The notes: generated by a model not told the origin, from the letters alone. Numbered from the stretch's first letter, positions 52,301 through 63,618 are shown. The stretch: DNA of 64,000 nt from Hormiphora californensis (GCA_020137815.1 CM035362.1:2604001-2668000); one strand, 5' to 3'. Numbers and translations: made by a program.

Positions 52301-55300
52301 ACTAACAGTTGGAGAGTGGCACAATGATCTACGGAAGTTCGCCCCAACCAACTGGACTGAAAGTTACCTTTCTAGTAAGAGCTTCACAATACTGCAACAA
52401 ATAAAATAGCTCACGATCGACCATTGACAGCTCCTCTCCAAACAGTAACCACTGCAACCCCCCTGTCATAACTCCTGCCCCCCCCCCCCCCTTAAAAACC
52501 CAGCCCCCATCCAGGCACTCACAACTACTGTACCCCCTCATAACTCCTGCCCTCTTCCTAGAATGGAGTGCATATAACCCAGAGGCGGCTAAAGCATGGC
52601 ACAGCTACAGAGGTGCCCACGCTCTGCCTACATACCTCTCTGCTGTCAGTAACATTGTCCTACGATCCGCCCTGCCACAAGGTATGAGAGAGAGAGGGAA
52701 GTTGTAGATTAGTATTTTGATACTGACAATGGATCGCAAACTGCACTGCAGTACATACTTCGGTATCTGTTTTGTTTTGTTTTGTATCTTGGAATAGGTC
52801 CCTAACTCCCATTATTCCCTGGTCATCGTTTCCTAAACCCCCACTCCGTCTAGATTGGCGTAACCAGTCCCGGTATGGTATAGTTGTATCCACCCACCCT
52901 CTCCCTAAAACCCCCCCCCCCCCCACAGATTGGCGGAACCAGTCCCGGTATGGTATAGTTGTATCCACCCACCCTCTCCCTAACGACCCCCCCCCCCCCT
53001 AGATTGGCGTAACCAGTCCCGGTATGGTATAGTTGTATCCACCCACCCTCTCCCTAACACCCCCCCCCCCCATATAGATTGGAGGAACCAGTCCCGGTAT
53101 GGTATAGTTGTCTCCACCCACCCTCTCCCTAACACCCCCCCCCCCCCACAGATTGGCGGAACCAGTCCCGGTATGGTATAGTTGTATCCACCCACCCTCT
53201 CCCTAACGACCCCCCCCCCCCCCCCCCCTAGATTGGCGTAACCAGTCCCGGTATGGTATAATTGTATCCACCCACCCTCTCCCTAACACCCCCCCCCCCC
53301 CTAGATTGGCGTAACCAGTCCCGGTATGGTATAGTTGTGTCCACCCACCCTCTCCCTAACACCCCCCCCCCCCTAGATTGGAGGAACCAGTCCCGGTATG
53401 GTATAATTGTATCCACCCACCCTCTCCCTAACACCCCCCCCTAGATTGGCGGAACCAGTCCCGGTATGGTATAGTTGTCTCCACCCACCCTCTCCCTAAT
53501 ACCTCCCCCTAGATTGGAGGAACCAGTCCCGGTATGGTATAGTTGTATCCACCCACCCTCTCCCTAATACCCCCACCCCCTAGATTGGCGGAACCAGTCC
53601 CGGTATGGTATAGTTGTATCCACCCACCCTCTCCCTAATACCCCCCCCCCCCTAGATTGGCGTAACCAGTCCCGGTACGGTATAGTTGTCTCCACCCACC
53701 CTCTCCCTAATACCCCCCTCCCCCCCCCCCCCCCCTTAGATTGGATGAACCAGTCCCGGTATGGTATAGTTGTATCCACCCACCCTCTCCCTAATACCTC
53801 CCCCCCCCCTAGATTGGCGAAACCAGTCCCGGTATGGTATAGTTGTCTCCACCCACCCTCTCCCTAATACCCCCCCCCCCCCTAGATTGGCGGAACCAGT
53901 CCCGGTATGGTATAGTTGTATCCACCCACCCTCTTCCTAACAATGGCTCCCTGGCTGACATATGGGAGATAATGGATGAGGAGAGTTATGACCTGGTTAT
54001 CAGTGTGTTTATCATTGTAGCTCTCAGCTTTGTTCCTGCTAGTTTTGTGCTCTTCCTAGTCAGAGAGAGGTAAGAAATCAGATTTTGATAATGTACTCGA
54101 GACACTCGACCTTTAATTCCCAATGTATATCTCGGCTATGTTAGCTAATATCTTTGTTATGTTCTAAGGGCCTTTCTTAACGAGACAAAAACTACAATTG
54201 CACCCTGCAATTGCACCCTGCAATTGCAGGGTGCAATCCACTTTCTGTCTCGTTAAGAAAGGTCTTTGCACCCTGTAGGGGTGTAACAGGAGGACCTATT
54301 ACACCCTGCAATTGCACCCTACAATTGCACCCTACAACTCTCGTTAAGAAAGGTTCTTGTAGGGTGCAATTGCACCCTTTACACGTGACCCAGTCACGTG
54401 TGCAATGAACGTGGGAAGTTGAGGGGTAGTGAAACATGAAACCCGGTTTACGGGGCATTGTTTATCATCACCTATTGGCATTGATACACACAGCATTACC
54501 ACATCAACATGGCACGTGACTGGGTCCTGTGTGAGGCATGCAATTGCACCCTACAACTTTCTTTCTTAACGAAGGTTTGCAGGGTGCAATTGCAGGGTGC
54601 AATTGCAGGGTGCAAACTCTCGTTAAGAAAGAAGTTTGTAGGGTGCAATTGCAGGGTGCAATTGCAGGGTGCAGCTCGTTAAGAAAGGCCCTTAGTTAGA
54701 ATCTAATGGCCTCCTTTACAATTGTTGTGGAAAAAGAGGGTCGAACAAGGGGGAGGGGGTCTCCCGCTAATCCCCTCACCTCAGGTGTTCGTGTCTCTAC
54801 CTGTTGGAATGTATAGCTGGTGCCCGTGTGTTCCCCTACTGGGCTGCTAACCTTATCTGGGATCTGGTATCTTTTACTGTTGCTAACACAGGTACTGCAC
54901 AGCTTCACTGAGATTAGTTTGTCACAGTTTAACTAAATGGAGTTTTTCTACTTCTTCACTGCTATTTTCGTGCTTGATATGTCACAATGCGGGCTGGGTT
55001 CGTTGAATGGGTAAGGGGCCTAGGGCGGCTAGGGGAGGGTGGGGACATCTCTACACATGTTTCAGGTTGTATTCTAGTAGTTCTGATGTTCCATTCTCCA
55101 TCCTTCTCAAGCACTGACAATATCCCTGCAATTATCGTACTGATGGCCCTCTACTCCTGGTCTATCACACCCCTCATGTAAGTATCACGTGATTCCCATA
55201 TATGGCAATGACCATATTTGGTAATAATACCGTATTTGGTAGGTATCTGTGTTCTCACACCTTCTCGGAGAGCAACAACGCTTACGTCACGATGATTTGT

Positions 55301-56247
55301 CTGAATACTTTCTTTGGTATAACCACCACCCTGACAACATTCTTAGTGGAGTTCCTGGCACCAAACGAGATCGGGTACGTGATGGGTGTTCAGATTGGGT
55401 ACATGTAGGTGATTATATAGTGGGGTATCTGATTGGATGGATTCGGAAATCTAGATAGCACAGGTCCCAAAATTAAGAGTTCTGGGATAGTGACGGGTCT
55501 TTGGTTCCTTCCGGTCGGTGGGAAGTTTTGGGAAGGGGGGGGATAATAACAATTCCCACACAGGTTCATTAGTTTCAATAACTTCCTAAAGTACGCCTTC
55601 CTACTGCTTCCCAACTACTGTCTGGGTCGGGGTATAATGGACCTAGCTGGCAATCAGTTCCTTAATGATATCAAGGTCAAATTTGGTAAGTGTGAAACCT
55701 AGAGCACTCCCCCCAAGCTCACATAACACCGCCCCTTGTTACTCAACAACCGCTCCTAGAGGTAGAACATCGGTTTCACCAAGACTTTAGTGCCTCCGGT
55801 TTCACCTAGACTTAATTGCCCCAAAATAACAAGATTATCATGATGCAGTATTGACTTGTTGCCTGCTCAACTACTTCCCCGCCTTGTTTGCCCATTACCT
55901 CCCGCAACCCCCCCCCCCCCCCTATATCCTCAACTACCCCCCACCTTCCTCAGGATACCCGACTGAGTCTCCGTGGGAGTGGGAGCTAATTGGACGGAAC
56001 TGTGTCTTTATGGGTGCAACAGGTACGAAAAAGTCAGGGTTTTTTAAATGAGAAGAAAGTTTAAAAATAATTAAATTCAGTATTTGAATAAGTTCCCCTT
56101 CTGAGAATAGAATCTCATATGGTCTTGTGCTCTTGTGCTCTTGAGTTCTTGTCAAGCTTGTATAACACTGATATGATAGGTATATCTCTCTCTTTCTGGC
56201 TTGGTCTTGGTCTTCGTTCTCTCTCTTTCTATCTTGATCTTGATCTT

Positions 56248-56306
<59 letters not shown>

Positions 56307-59300
56307 ATCATGGTCTTGGTCTTGACCTACTTGATTCAAGGATCTAGATTTTGGGATAGAGGGTTTTGTGGGTTGACCGTACCCACAGAGCCATCAACCA
56401 ACCAGGCTCACGGCAGAGGGACGATGATCACACAAACAAAACAAGAAGTAGAGTTTGTGTGATCATCGCTGGTACGAAGAGTCACTGTGCAATTGACTGT
56501 AATTTTAGAATGGCAAATGGCAATTGTACAGTGACTCCCCCCTCTGGGAACCCGAACCCTCCCACGCCTCCCCCGTATCCTGCTTGCCAGGCAGAATAGG
56601 AGTCAGAGTGAGAGGACCCGGGAACCGCTGATAAACAGCAAAAGGTCGCCAATAGGCCTACTTGCCAGTAGAATCTCTGGAGGTTGAAGCAGGACAGTCA
56701 GTCACGAGGCAGTGAGACCAAGAGAACCAGACAGGATGGAGAGCCGGAGCACACACGTCTCACTAAAGGCTTACTCCATCTGTAGGATAACGGAATCCGC
56801 TGAGGGGACGGGTGCGTCCTTACCCGGTACAAGACCGAGCTCTACATCCGTCTGAACCTCAACGGTAGAGGAATTACCTGACTGGCCAGCTATCCTCCGT
56901 GCTGCCCGGTCTACGACCTGGGAAATTGCCAGCCAGGATTGGCGTCCAGATTCCTTGATGAGGTCCCTAGTGGCCATGTGCTCACGCACAAGTACATCTA
57001 GGAGCTTCACCAAGGCAGCTAGACTGTGGGCCTTGGAGTCTGTCTGGTGTCTCTTGATGTCATCTGCCACGCGAAGGACACCCCACTTCAGTGCTGTCAG
57101 GTTGTCAGCGACACGGGCTCCCGAAGAAGCAAGGTCAACAGTGACTCCCTGAACAGACGCCTCCAGAGAACTGAGCCTCCTCGCAAAAGCGTGGAGGCCG
57201 ACAAGTATTGTAGACAACGCCGCTAGGACGAGGATGCCGACGAAGAGAAGACAGATTTCTACAGGAGAAATCATAGTTTACGAAACTTGCGGTGCGGTGT
57301 GAAAACAACAGCAAAGCAATAGCAGTAAACGGGCAAAGAACCTGCACGTGCTACCCTGGGTTATATAGACCTCCTGGTAGCCATGGTTACTGACTGGATT
57401 TGACACACTTCTTGCACGTGCTAGGCTTGTCAGGGGACTGGAGGGTGATACTTGGGCTCTAGTCAGCACTTTTAACCAGCCAATAAAGTCAACTTATTAT
57501 TCCCTAACCTTCCACAAAAGGAGAAAGACAATTAACTATCTTCCTCCCCGTTTCAGGTGTTGTGTTTCTGCTGATTCTGGTGGTTGTCTCAGTTCCTAGA
57601 AAGGGAAAGAGTATCAATGTGCCCAATGTTAACAAGGAACTTGAGGATGATGATGTTAGGTAGGTGTGATGGCTGATGTCCTTCCTCTTCCCTACCCCCT
57701 CCCTAAACCCTTCACTGTACCCCGGCCCCTACCCCCAATAGAAAGGAAGAACTAGGCATTAGGTGCATTGTGAGTTTATTGTGTAGTTGTGCATGTTTTT
57801 ATTGCTGACACTGGTTGATACGTGTTCCATAACAGGGCTGAAAGACAGAGGACCATCTACTCGTACTCGTATAGCGATGTTCTGAAAGCCCAGAACTTGT
57901 GTAAGGTGTACAAGAAGGGGAAGTTCGTTGCAGTTAACCGGTTATCATTCTCTGTATCACCTGGTATGTTAACATTCCTGTTGTAGTACTCCATAGAGGA
58001 CATGACAACATGGTTTCTTCATGTCTCTACAACCCGCTTGGCTCTTATTTTTTTCTAACCGAGCAAGAATGATGTTTTGTTTTGCCCCTTCTTCTCCCCT
58101 TAAAATCTTCCCCTGCAGGAGAGTGTTTTGGGTTGCTAGGTATAAATGGCGCTGGCAAGACAACAACATTCAAGATGCTAACTGGACAACTCAGACCTTC
58201 AAATGGGGACGCTGTAAGTTTTAAATCAACTCCCCTTACCTCCATCTCTCCCCTAAATTCTACCCACTCCATTCCTTTTCTCACTTCCTTTTTCTAAACT
58301 CCCTCCACTCGCTTTCCCTTCCTCCCCAGTCACCTCTCCAGTATCGTCCCTCGACTTCACCCCTTCTTCTTCACTCCCCTTCAAACCACTCCTCCAACAC
58401 CCCTCCTCTCCCCAGGTGGTATGCCAAATGAGTTTGAAACAGCAGCTGGTAAGAGCCCGCCGAAAGCTGGGTTACTGTCCCCAATCTGATGCCTTGTTAC
58501 CCACCCTCACCTCTCATGAGACACTTGGCTCTGTTTGCAAGGCTCAGGGGAATCCCTGAGAGCCAGATTGAATACATCTCAAAACAGGTGATTACTGAAC
58601 TCCAATCAGGTAGTATAGACTACCTATAGTAGTAGTGGAGCATAAATTTCACCCTAACTATCTTCATCTTCCTTGTCTCACTAGACTGCCCTATCCAAAC
58701 CGGGCCCTCTCTGAACTGTGAAGCACACGTAATATAAAGAAACATTCACTAACTATCCCCCATCTTCCTATAGATAATCCGGTTGGTAGGTTTGACGAGT
58801 TATGCCAGTAGACCCTGTGGTAACCTACAGTGGTGGAAATAAGAGGAAACTATCGGCAGCAGTAGCACTGATTGGGGAACCTCGACTAGTGTTGCTAGAT
58901 GAACCTACAGCAGGTACTGATCTGACAATTAATAAGGGGAAATTAGCTAAATAAGGGCCGAAACTAGGGAAAAATTTGTAACAAGCTAATTCCTTCACCA
59001 ATTGGTCCCTATGGGTCCCTAGAATCACCAAAAAAAAAATCACAAAAAATCCGCGATGGCTAAGTTGGGTTTTTGGACCACGCCCTTTTACCTGTATTTT
59101 CAGTCATGTGGTCAAAAATCTAAATTCTCTTAGAATATGAGTAAAGAAGAAAATAAGGGCACTAAACTGTGTAGCGTCCTCGCATTAGTGGGGGTAGACG
59201 CCCATGAAAAGTCTCTATCTCATTTGGTTAATTAGATAATTGGATAATTAGATCTGCGCATAGCCGTTTTTGGCCATACGGCTATAGCCACTTAGGAATA

Positions 59301-60108
59301 GTTTAGAGACTTTTCACTGGCGCCATTTTGTAGGCAATGGCCAAGTTATGGGGGGTCGACGTCGGACTTTTAAGCTCTAACTCCAACCGTTTAGCCGATA
59401 TTTGGCTTCAAAGGTGCTCAAAATCGGGCTTTTTACCGTTTTTTGCTCATTTTGAGCACCTTTAAAGCCAAATATCGGCTAAACGGTTGGAGATAGAGCT
59501 TAAAAGTCCGACGTCGACCCCCCATAACTTGGCCATTGCCTACAAAATGGCGCCAGTGAAAAGTCTCTAAACTATTCCTAAGTGGCTATAGCCGTATGGC
59601 CAAAAACGGCTATGCGCAGATCTAATTATCCAATTATCTAATTAACCAAATGAGATAGAGACTTTTCATGGGCGTCTACCCCCACTAATGCGAGGACGCT
59701 ACACAGTTTAGTGCCCTTATTTTCTTCTTTACTCATATTCTAAGAGAATTTAGATTTTTGACCATATCTTACTATATAATGCAAAAACACCCGAAACTTG
59801 ATCCCACCCATGCATGTTTGGTGGTCCCTAAATCGTCGTCATCAAGATCAGATCACATCACCCAACATGCATGATCAGATCACCCTACTGAGGATCAGAT
59901 CCCCCCACCCAAGATCAGATCACCATACTGAGGATCAGATCCCCCCACCCAAGATCAGATCATCCCATTGAGGATCATATCACCCCACCCATGATCAGAT
60001 CACCCCAGTGAATATCAGATCCCACATTTCACCCAGCAGTCCACTGTGCGTGATGAGATCCCCAAAATAGACAAAGACGACAGAGAAATTGAGATAGAAA
60101 TGAAGAGA

Positions 60109-60202
<94 letters not shown>

Positions 60203-60244
60203 AAGGAGAGAGACAGACAGAGGCAGAGACAGAGACAGAGACAG

Positions 60245-60327
<83 letters not shown>

Positions 60328-62194
60328 CAGAGACAGCGACAGAGACAGAGAGACACATAGACAGAGAAACAGAGCGATACGAAAAACGAGGAATTTCCTA
60401 GGTGTTTTTAGTTTAGTGTACGTCGCTTGAGTAATCAATTAATTGTAAGCCATCCGTAGGATGGTCTGGGTCCACTAGTCGTCCCTACTACTGGTTTACA
60501 ATCACCATTCTTATACTTTGAAATAATCCCACTGGGCTCCTATTTTACTAAAATTCTTTCTATCGGTATCACGAATGCAAAAAGTTATTCCCCCATTTCC
60601 AGGTATGGATCCTGGTGCCAGGAGGTCTCTGTGGGGTGTTATACAAGCTGAAAAGAGGCGTGGTAAAGCTCTGATAGTGACATCACACAGCATGGCTGAA
60701 TGTGAGGCACTCTGCTCTAGGATAGGAATCATGGTGGATGGGAGGTAAGGGTTGTAACTGCATGTCTGGTGGATTCTATTCTTTAATTCTGATCATAATC
60801 TTCATAAATATTCTTGAAGGTTCCTGATCTCTCACACCCCGCTAATTGAATAAGTCTCAACAACCTACCACCTCACACCCCCACTAATTGTCTCTACGAC
60901 TCACCTCCCCCGCTAATTGCCTCTCTCTCTCATCTGCAGGTTGAGATGTCTAGGAAGCACCCAGAGGCTGAGGGACAAGTATGGAGCGGGGTATGTTATA
61001 CACTTGAAGTTGAACCCTCATACAAGTAACATTGGAGCAGCTAAAACCTATATCACCCGACATCTACCTAACTCAGGTATAAACATGAACCCCCCCCCCT
61101 CCTCCTTCTCCCCTCCTCCCCCTCCTCCCCGATACAGATAATGGTTTGGTTCAGCTTTGTTATCTGCACGGTGTCGCATAGCTATATCTGTACTATCTGT
61201 ACTGGCGAGGAGTATGTTGCATTGTGCCTACAAACTCATGGCTGAACCAACAGCATGATAGCTCCACCTTCTCACGTGTAGTTAAAACTCTCTACTACTG
61301 TTTAGTTCACGTGTAAAAGTTTGCATCTCTTCTCAGCTCGATTCATCGGTGCTCCTTTCGCCAATCCCAATGAATAAATCCATTTTATCATCCATCACAA
61401 TAATAAAACATGCCCCTTATGAATTACTCATAACGACTATGTTATCGACTCAACGTAACCCATCTCCATAATACGTGTTATGTTTAGTCTGAGGTAGAGT
61501 CTAATCACTCTCTCCCACCCATACATAGCTGCGGTAATAGGGAACGAATGCTTTAAAAAACACATCTCCATACTACTATTTCTACGTGTTATGTTATGTT
61601 ATTTTAACCACTATCTCCCACGTCAATCTAAGATATTCTCTGCTAACTAATCTCTCTCTCCCACCTCAGTTCTGACCAATCATAATACTATTAACAATGT
61701 TTAGTCTGAGGTTGCCCCAGTTTAACCACTCTCTCTCTCTCCCACCTCAGTTCTAAAAGAGGAGAACTCATACAGTCTCAAGTTTGAACTAAAGCTGAAG
61801 GGTGGATGTGCTGTGGCTGATATATTCAGGGTACTACAAAAGGCTAAACCTGTCCTAAACCTGTTGGACTATGCTGTTCACCAGACCAACCTTGAACAGG
61901 TGAGGGGGAAATATCTGGGTTTTCGGTGCGATACCTAGCAGCGAAATACCAAACTCAAGAGGGTCTACCATTCAAATTGTTAGGGGTTATAGAAGTTAAT
62001 CAGTTTATAAAAGTCTTATTCCTGAATCGATGGAATGCAAAAACATTGCAACCTAATAACCCTTCCTGCCTCAGGTGTTTATCAACTTTGCACAAAGTAG
62101 GGAAAAGAAAGCTACGACACTCGAGGATCAACTGTTATGTGTCGATGACCCTAGTGTTCCCGTAGGAGACCTTGAACTGGCTTTTGATCAGTGA
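37330..62194 (+). CDS. ABCA: ABC transporter subfamily A (ABCA1/2/4/7-like), about 56 exons
   Basis: N-terminus [13 protein letters not shown]; [16 protein letters not shown]; NBD1 [26 protein letters not shown]; NBD2 [26 protein letters not shown]; C-terminal LEQVFINFA. Two apparent +1 frameshifts at about 58521 and 58822. Confidence 0.95.
37684..37792. mobile_element. MITE family B
   Basis: Perfect 8-bp TSD gtataggg. Confidence 0.9.
38068..38176. mobile_element. MITE family B, flanked by a ~33-bp duplication
   Basis: gtgagttcatcatctagatgatatatctcccaa occurs on both sides. Confidence 0.9.
38444..38976 (+). repeat. ~118-bp tandem repeat x5 (exon end + donor + short intron)
   Basis: The unit encodes [18 protein letters not shown]|gtaag. 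Confidence 0.95.
39002..39072. mobile_element. Mini-element family C (71 bp)
   Basis: atcagtat|ctgtctggcgccgcc...gcgccgccatacag|atcagtat. Confidence 0.85.
39847..39931. mobile_element. Mini-element family D (85 bp)
   Basis: agtatagt|ctgtcag...ctgacag|agtatagt. Confidence 0.85.
41733..42242. repeat. ~68-bp intronic minisatellite, about 8 copies
   Basis: Unit ttgaactagtaccacgacctgtgggaaattcagatct... Confidence 0.95.
43312..43420. mobile_element. MITE family B
   Basis: Full-length copy with both TIRs. Confidence 0.9.
43860..43968. mobile_element. MITE family B
   Basis: TSD ttacaact/ttacaaca. Confidence 0.88.
44526..44926 (+). repeat. 24-bp tandem repeat x17, each unit containing the splice donor
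   Basis: Unit ctgggata(a/c)|gtgagtagttaattc. Confidence 0.97.
45220..45460. mobile_element. TA-flanked MITE
   Basis: TA|ccttactct...agagtaagg|TA. Confidence 0.65.
46612..46745. repeat. ~23-bp tandem repeat upstream of an acceptor
   Basis: ccatccttccctcacctcatttc, about 6 copies. Confidence 0.9.
47364..47573 (+). repeat. ~25-bp tandem repeat x8-9 resembling the branch point and acceptor
   Basis: cccag(t/c)ccgcttctaacccc...; the real junction is gcag|cccgtg at 47570. Confidence 0.85.
47725..47830. mobile_element. MITE family B (diverged)
   Basis: Matches the family consensus. Confidence 0.85.
48258..48348. mobile_element. MITE family B (5'-truncated)
   Basis: Matches the consensus; flanked by a gtata(ta)ttgggg duplication. 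Confidence 0.85.
49770..49862. mobile_element. MITE family B (5'-truncated), flanked by a ~60-bp exon-end duplication
   Basis: Matches the consensus; atgct(t/a)cagaaacacagtgttgc...accag|gtaggattca occurs on both sides. Confidence 0.85.
52851..53942 (+). repeat. ~73-bp tandem repeat x15 (acceptor + first 18 codons of the exon)
   Basis: YAG|attggcgNaaccagtcccggtatggtatagttgtNtccacccaccctctccctaaY + poly-C. Confidence 0.97.
54168..54691. mobile_element. PIF/Harbinger-like MITE with internal (tgcaattgcaccc)n repeats
   Basis: ctaa|gggcctttcttaacgag...ctcgttaagaaaggccc|ttag. Confidence 0.8.
56771..57274 (-). CDS. Nested intronless 167-aa ORF (N-terminal TM or signal anchor + helical region) antisense within an ABCA intron
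   Basis: ATG-initiated, non-repetitive ORF; hydrophobic [21 protein letters not shown]; TATA-like ctatataa at 57368-57361. Confidence 0.55.
   Translation of the reverse strand: MISPVEICLLFVGILVLAALSTILVGLHAFARRLSSLEASVQGVTVDLASSGARVADNLTALKWGVLRVADDIKRHQTDSKAHSLAALVKLLDVLVREHMATRDLIKESGRQSWLAISQVVDRAARRIAGQSGNSSTVEVQTDVELGLVPGKDAPVPSADSVILQME
59109..59764. mobile_element. Fold-back palindrome (~315-bp arms) in an ABCA intron
   Basis: tggtcaaaaatctaaattctc... / ...gagaatttagatttttgacca, ~25-bp spacer near 59435; true element ends unclear. Confidence 0.85.
59844..60025. repeat. ~20-bp tandem repeat
   Basis: gatcagatcaccc... units. Confidence 0.85.
60103..60372. repeat. (GA)n / (GAGACA)n microsatellite
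   Basis: Direct reading of the sequence. Confidence 0.95.
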
Positions 62195-63396
62195 GAGAGA
62201 CACTGTTATTTGAATGAGAGAGACACTGTCTTTTGAATGAACTGTTGGGAGACTATATTTGCGGCTGTAGGTCAAAGAGACTTAATTTATTTTAAGTTAA
62301 ATCACGTCAAATTGACGGTCATGAACTTTTATTTTTCCCCCCATTTTGTAACTGTAAACGTTTTGGTACTTTTTTCATTATGAAATGAAACGTGTAAAAT
62401 CGATGTAATCGTGTGTGATCTTGCGATAATATCGGGATAATGTTTATCCGTGTGTTCCTGTGTGCAAGTTTTCTACTTTTCTACTTTTCTAAATCCAAAC
62501 AGATTGCGTGTTTGTTAATTTGTTCATGGGGAATGGGAACAAGGGGCCATCCCTCTCGAGGGAAAGAAGAGGCAAGATCCTGACAATTAGGAGTTATAGT
62601 ATCAGTATAATTATATAGTACGTAACAGTTACGTACTAGATAATTATACGGGGTATTATAACAGTAACTAAGCGACAGACCTGTCAGTATCAAGTATTGT
62701 TCTGCAGCCGACCATAGCAGCTAGTTCAGAGAGTTTTGCACGTGAGCCAAGAGAGATGTGTCACAGCTCTAATTTATGGACGTCACAATTGCTTATATGA
62801 CGATCAAATCACCTAAGTTGTCAGGTACTTGCTAATTCTGACGAAATGTGGGCGTGTCAGCGGGTGATTATAAAACCCAGTACGTTGTGCGCGCCACACA
62901 CACATGGCCTGTACATTTTTCCCACGCCCTTCAATGCGCGAAATTAATCAAGTGCTGAAAAGTGTGGTTTAATTTCCTAATCATCGGCGCGCGTTACGTA
63001 ATAATGATAGGATTTGTGCGACGGGCCCATTTGAGTGTGACGAAGTTAGTAAAACCCCGCTATACGATTATACTGTTAACAGTGTTAATAACTTGTATTT
63101 GGATAAGTCGAATGAAGCCGAAAATGCCCCTCTTTTCATCGTGGCTCTCACCACTAGGATTCTGTCACATACGAGATGGAAGCTTTACTTCCCAGTTTTT
63201 ACAAAAGTGATCTGTGATGTAACGGTCCGTTCTAGATTCATCCATGGGTTAATATCCCCTCTTTGCTCTCACTTCCTATATCTTCTAACATAATCGTGCA
63301 TTACTATGAGCATATTCTCGTATAGAATAAGACCCTTGCAGCTAGTGCTCGGGGTAGTATTTCCCAGGCCATGCAGCGACTCACCCCTGTACTGGG

Positions 63397-63472
63397 CTGT
63401 CTGGCGCCGCGACCCATCTGAGCGCACTGTCGCAGATTTGAGAATCAAATGGGGTATGGCGCCGCCATACAG
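63397..63472. mobile_element. Mini-element family C (76 bp)
   Basis: gtactggg|ctgtctggcgccgc...ggcgccgccatacag|gtactggg. Confidence 0.85.
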
Positions 63473-63595
63473 GTACTGGGAGGGGGAGGGGTTGGTGCCG
63501 GCGATATCGACCCTTATCTCTTAGGGGAGGGGTAACAACAATTGGTCAAAATGATGATTTAACAAATATTGCCAACATTCAACAACAACACCTAT

Positions 63596-63618
63596 CTGTC
63601 AGAGCATTGGCCTGACAG
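63596..63618. mobile_element. 23-bp solo unit of family D with a perfect 8-bp TSD
   Basis: acacctat|ctgtcagagcattggcctgacag|acacctat. Confidence 0.8.

Noticed and set aside
52851-53942. Dscam-like mutually exclusive exon cluster
   Set aside because: Units hold only the 5' part of the exon and have no in-frame donor of their own.
56414-56546. Hammerhead ribozyme
   Set aside because: A three-way junction is present, but the conserved core nucleotides are absent on both strands.
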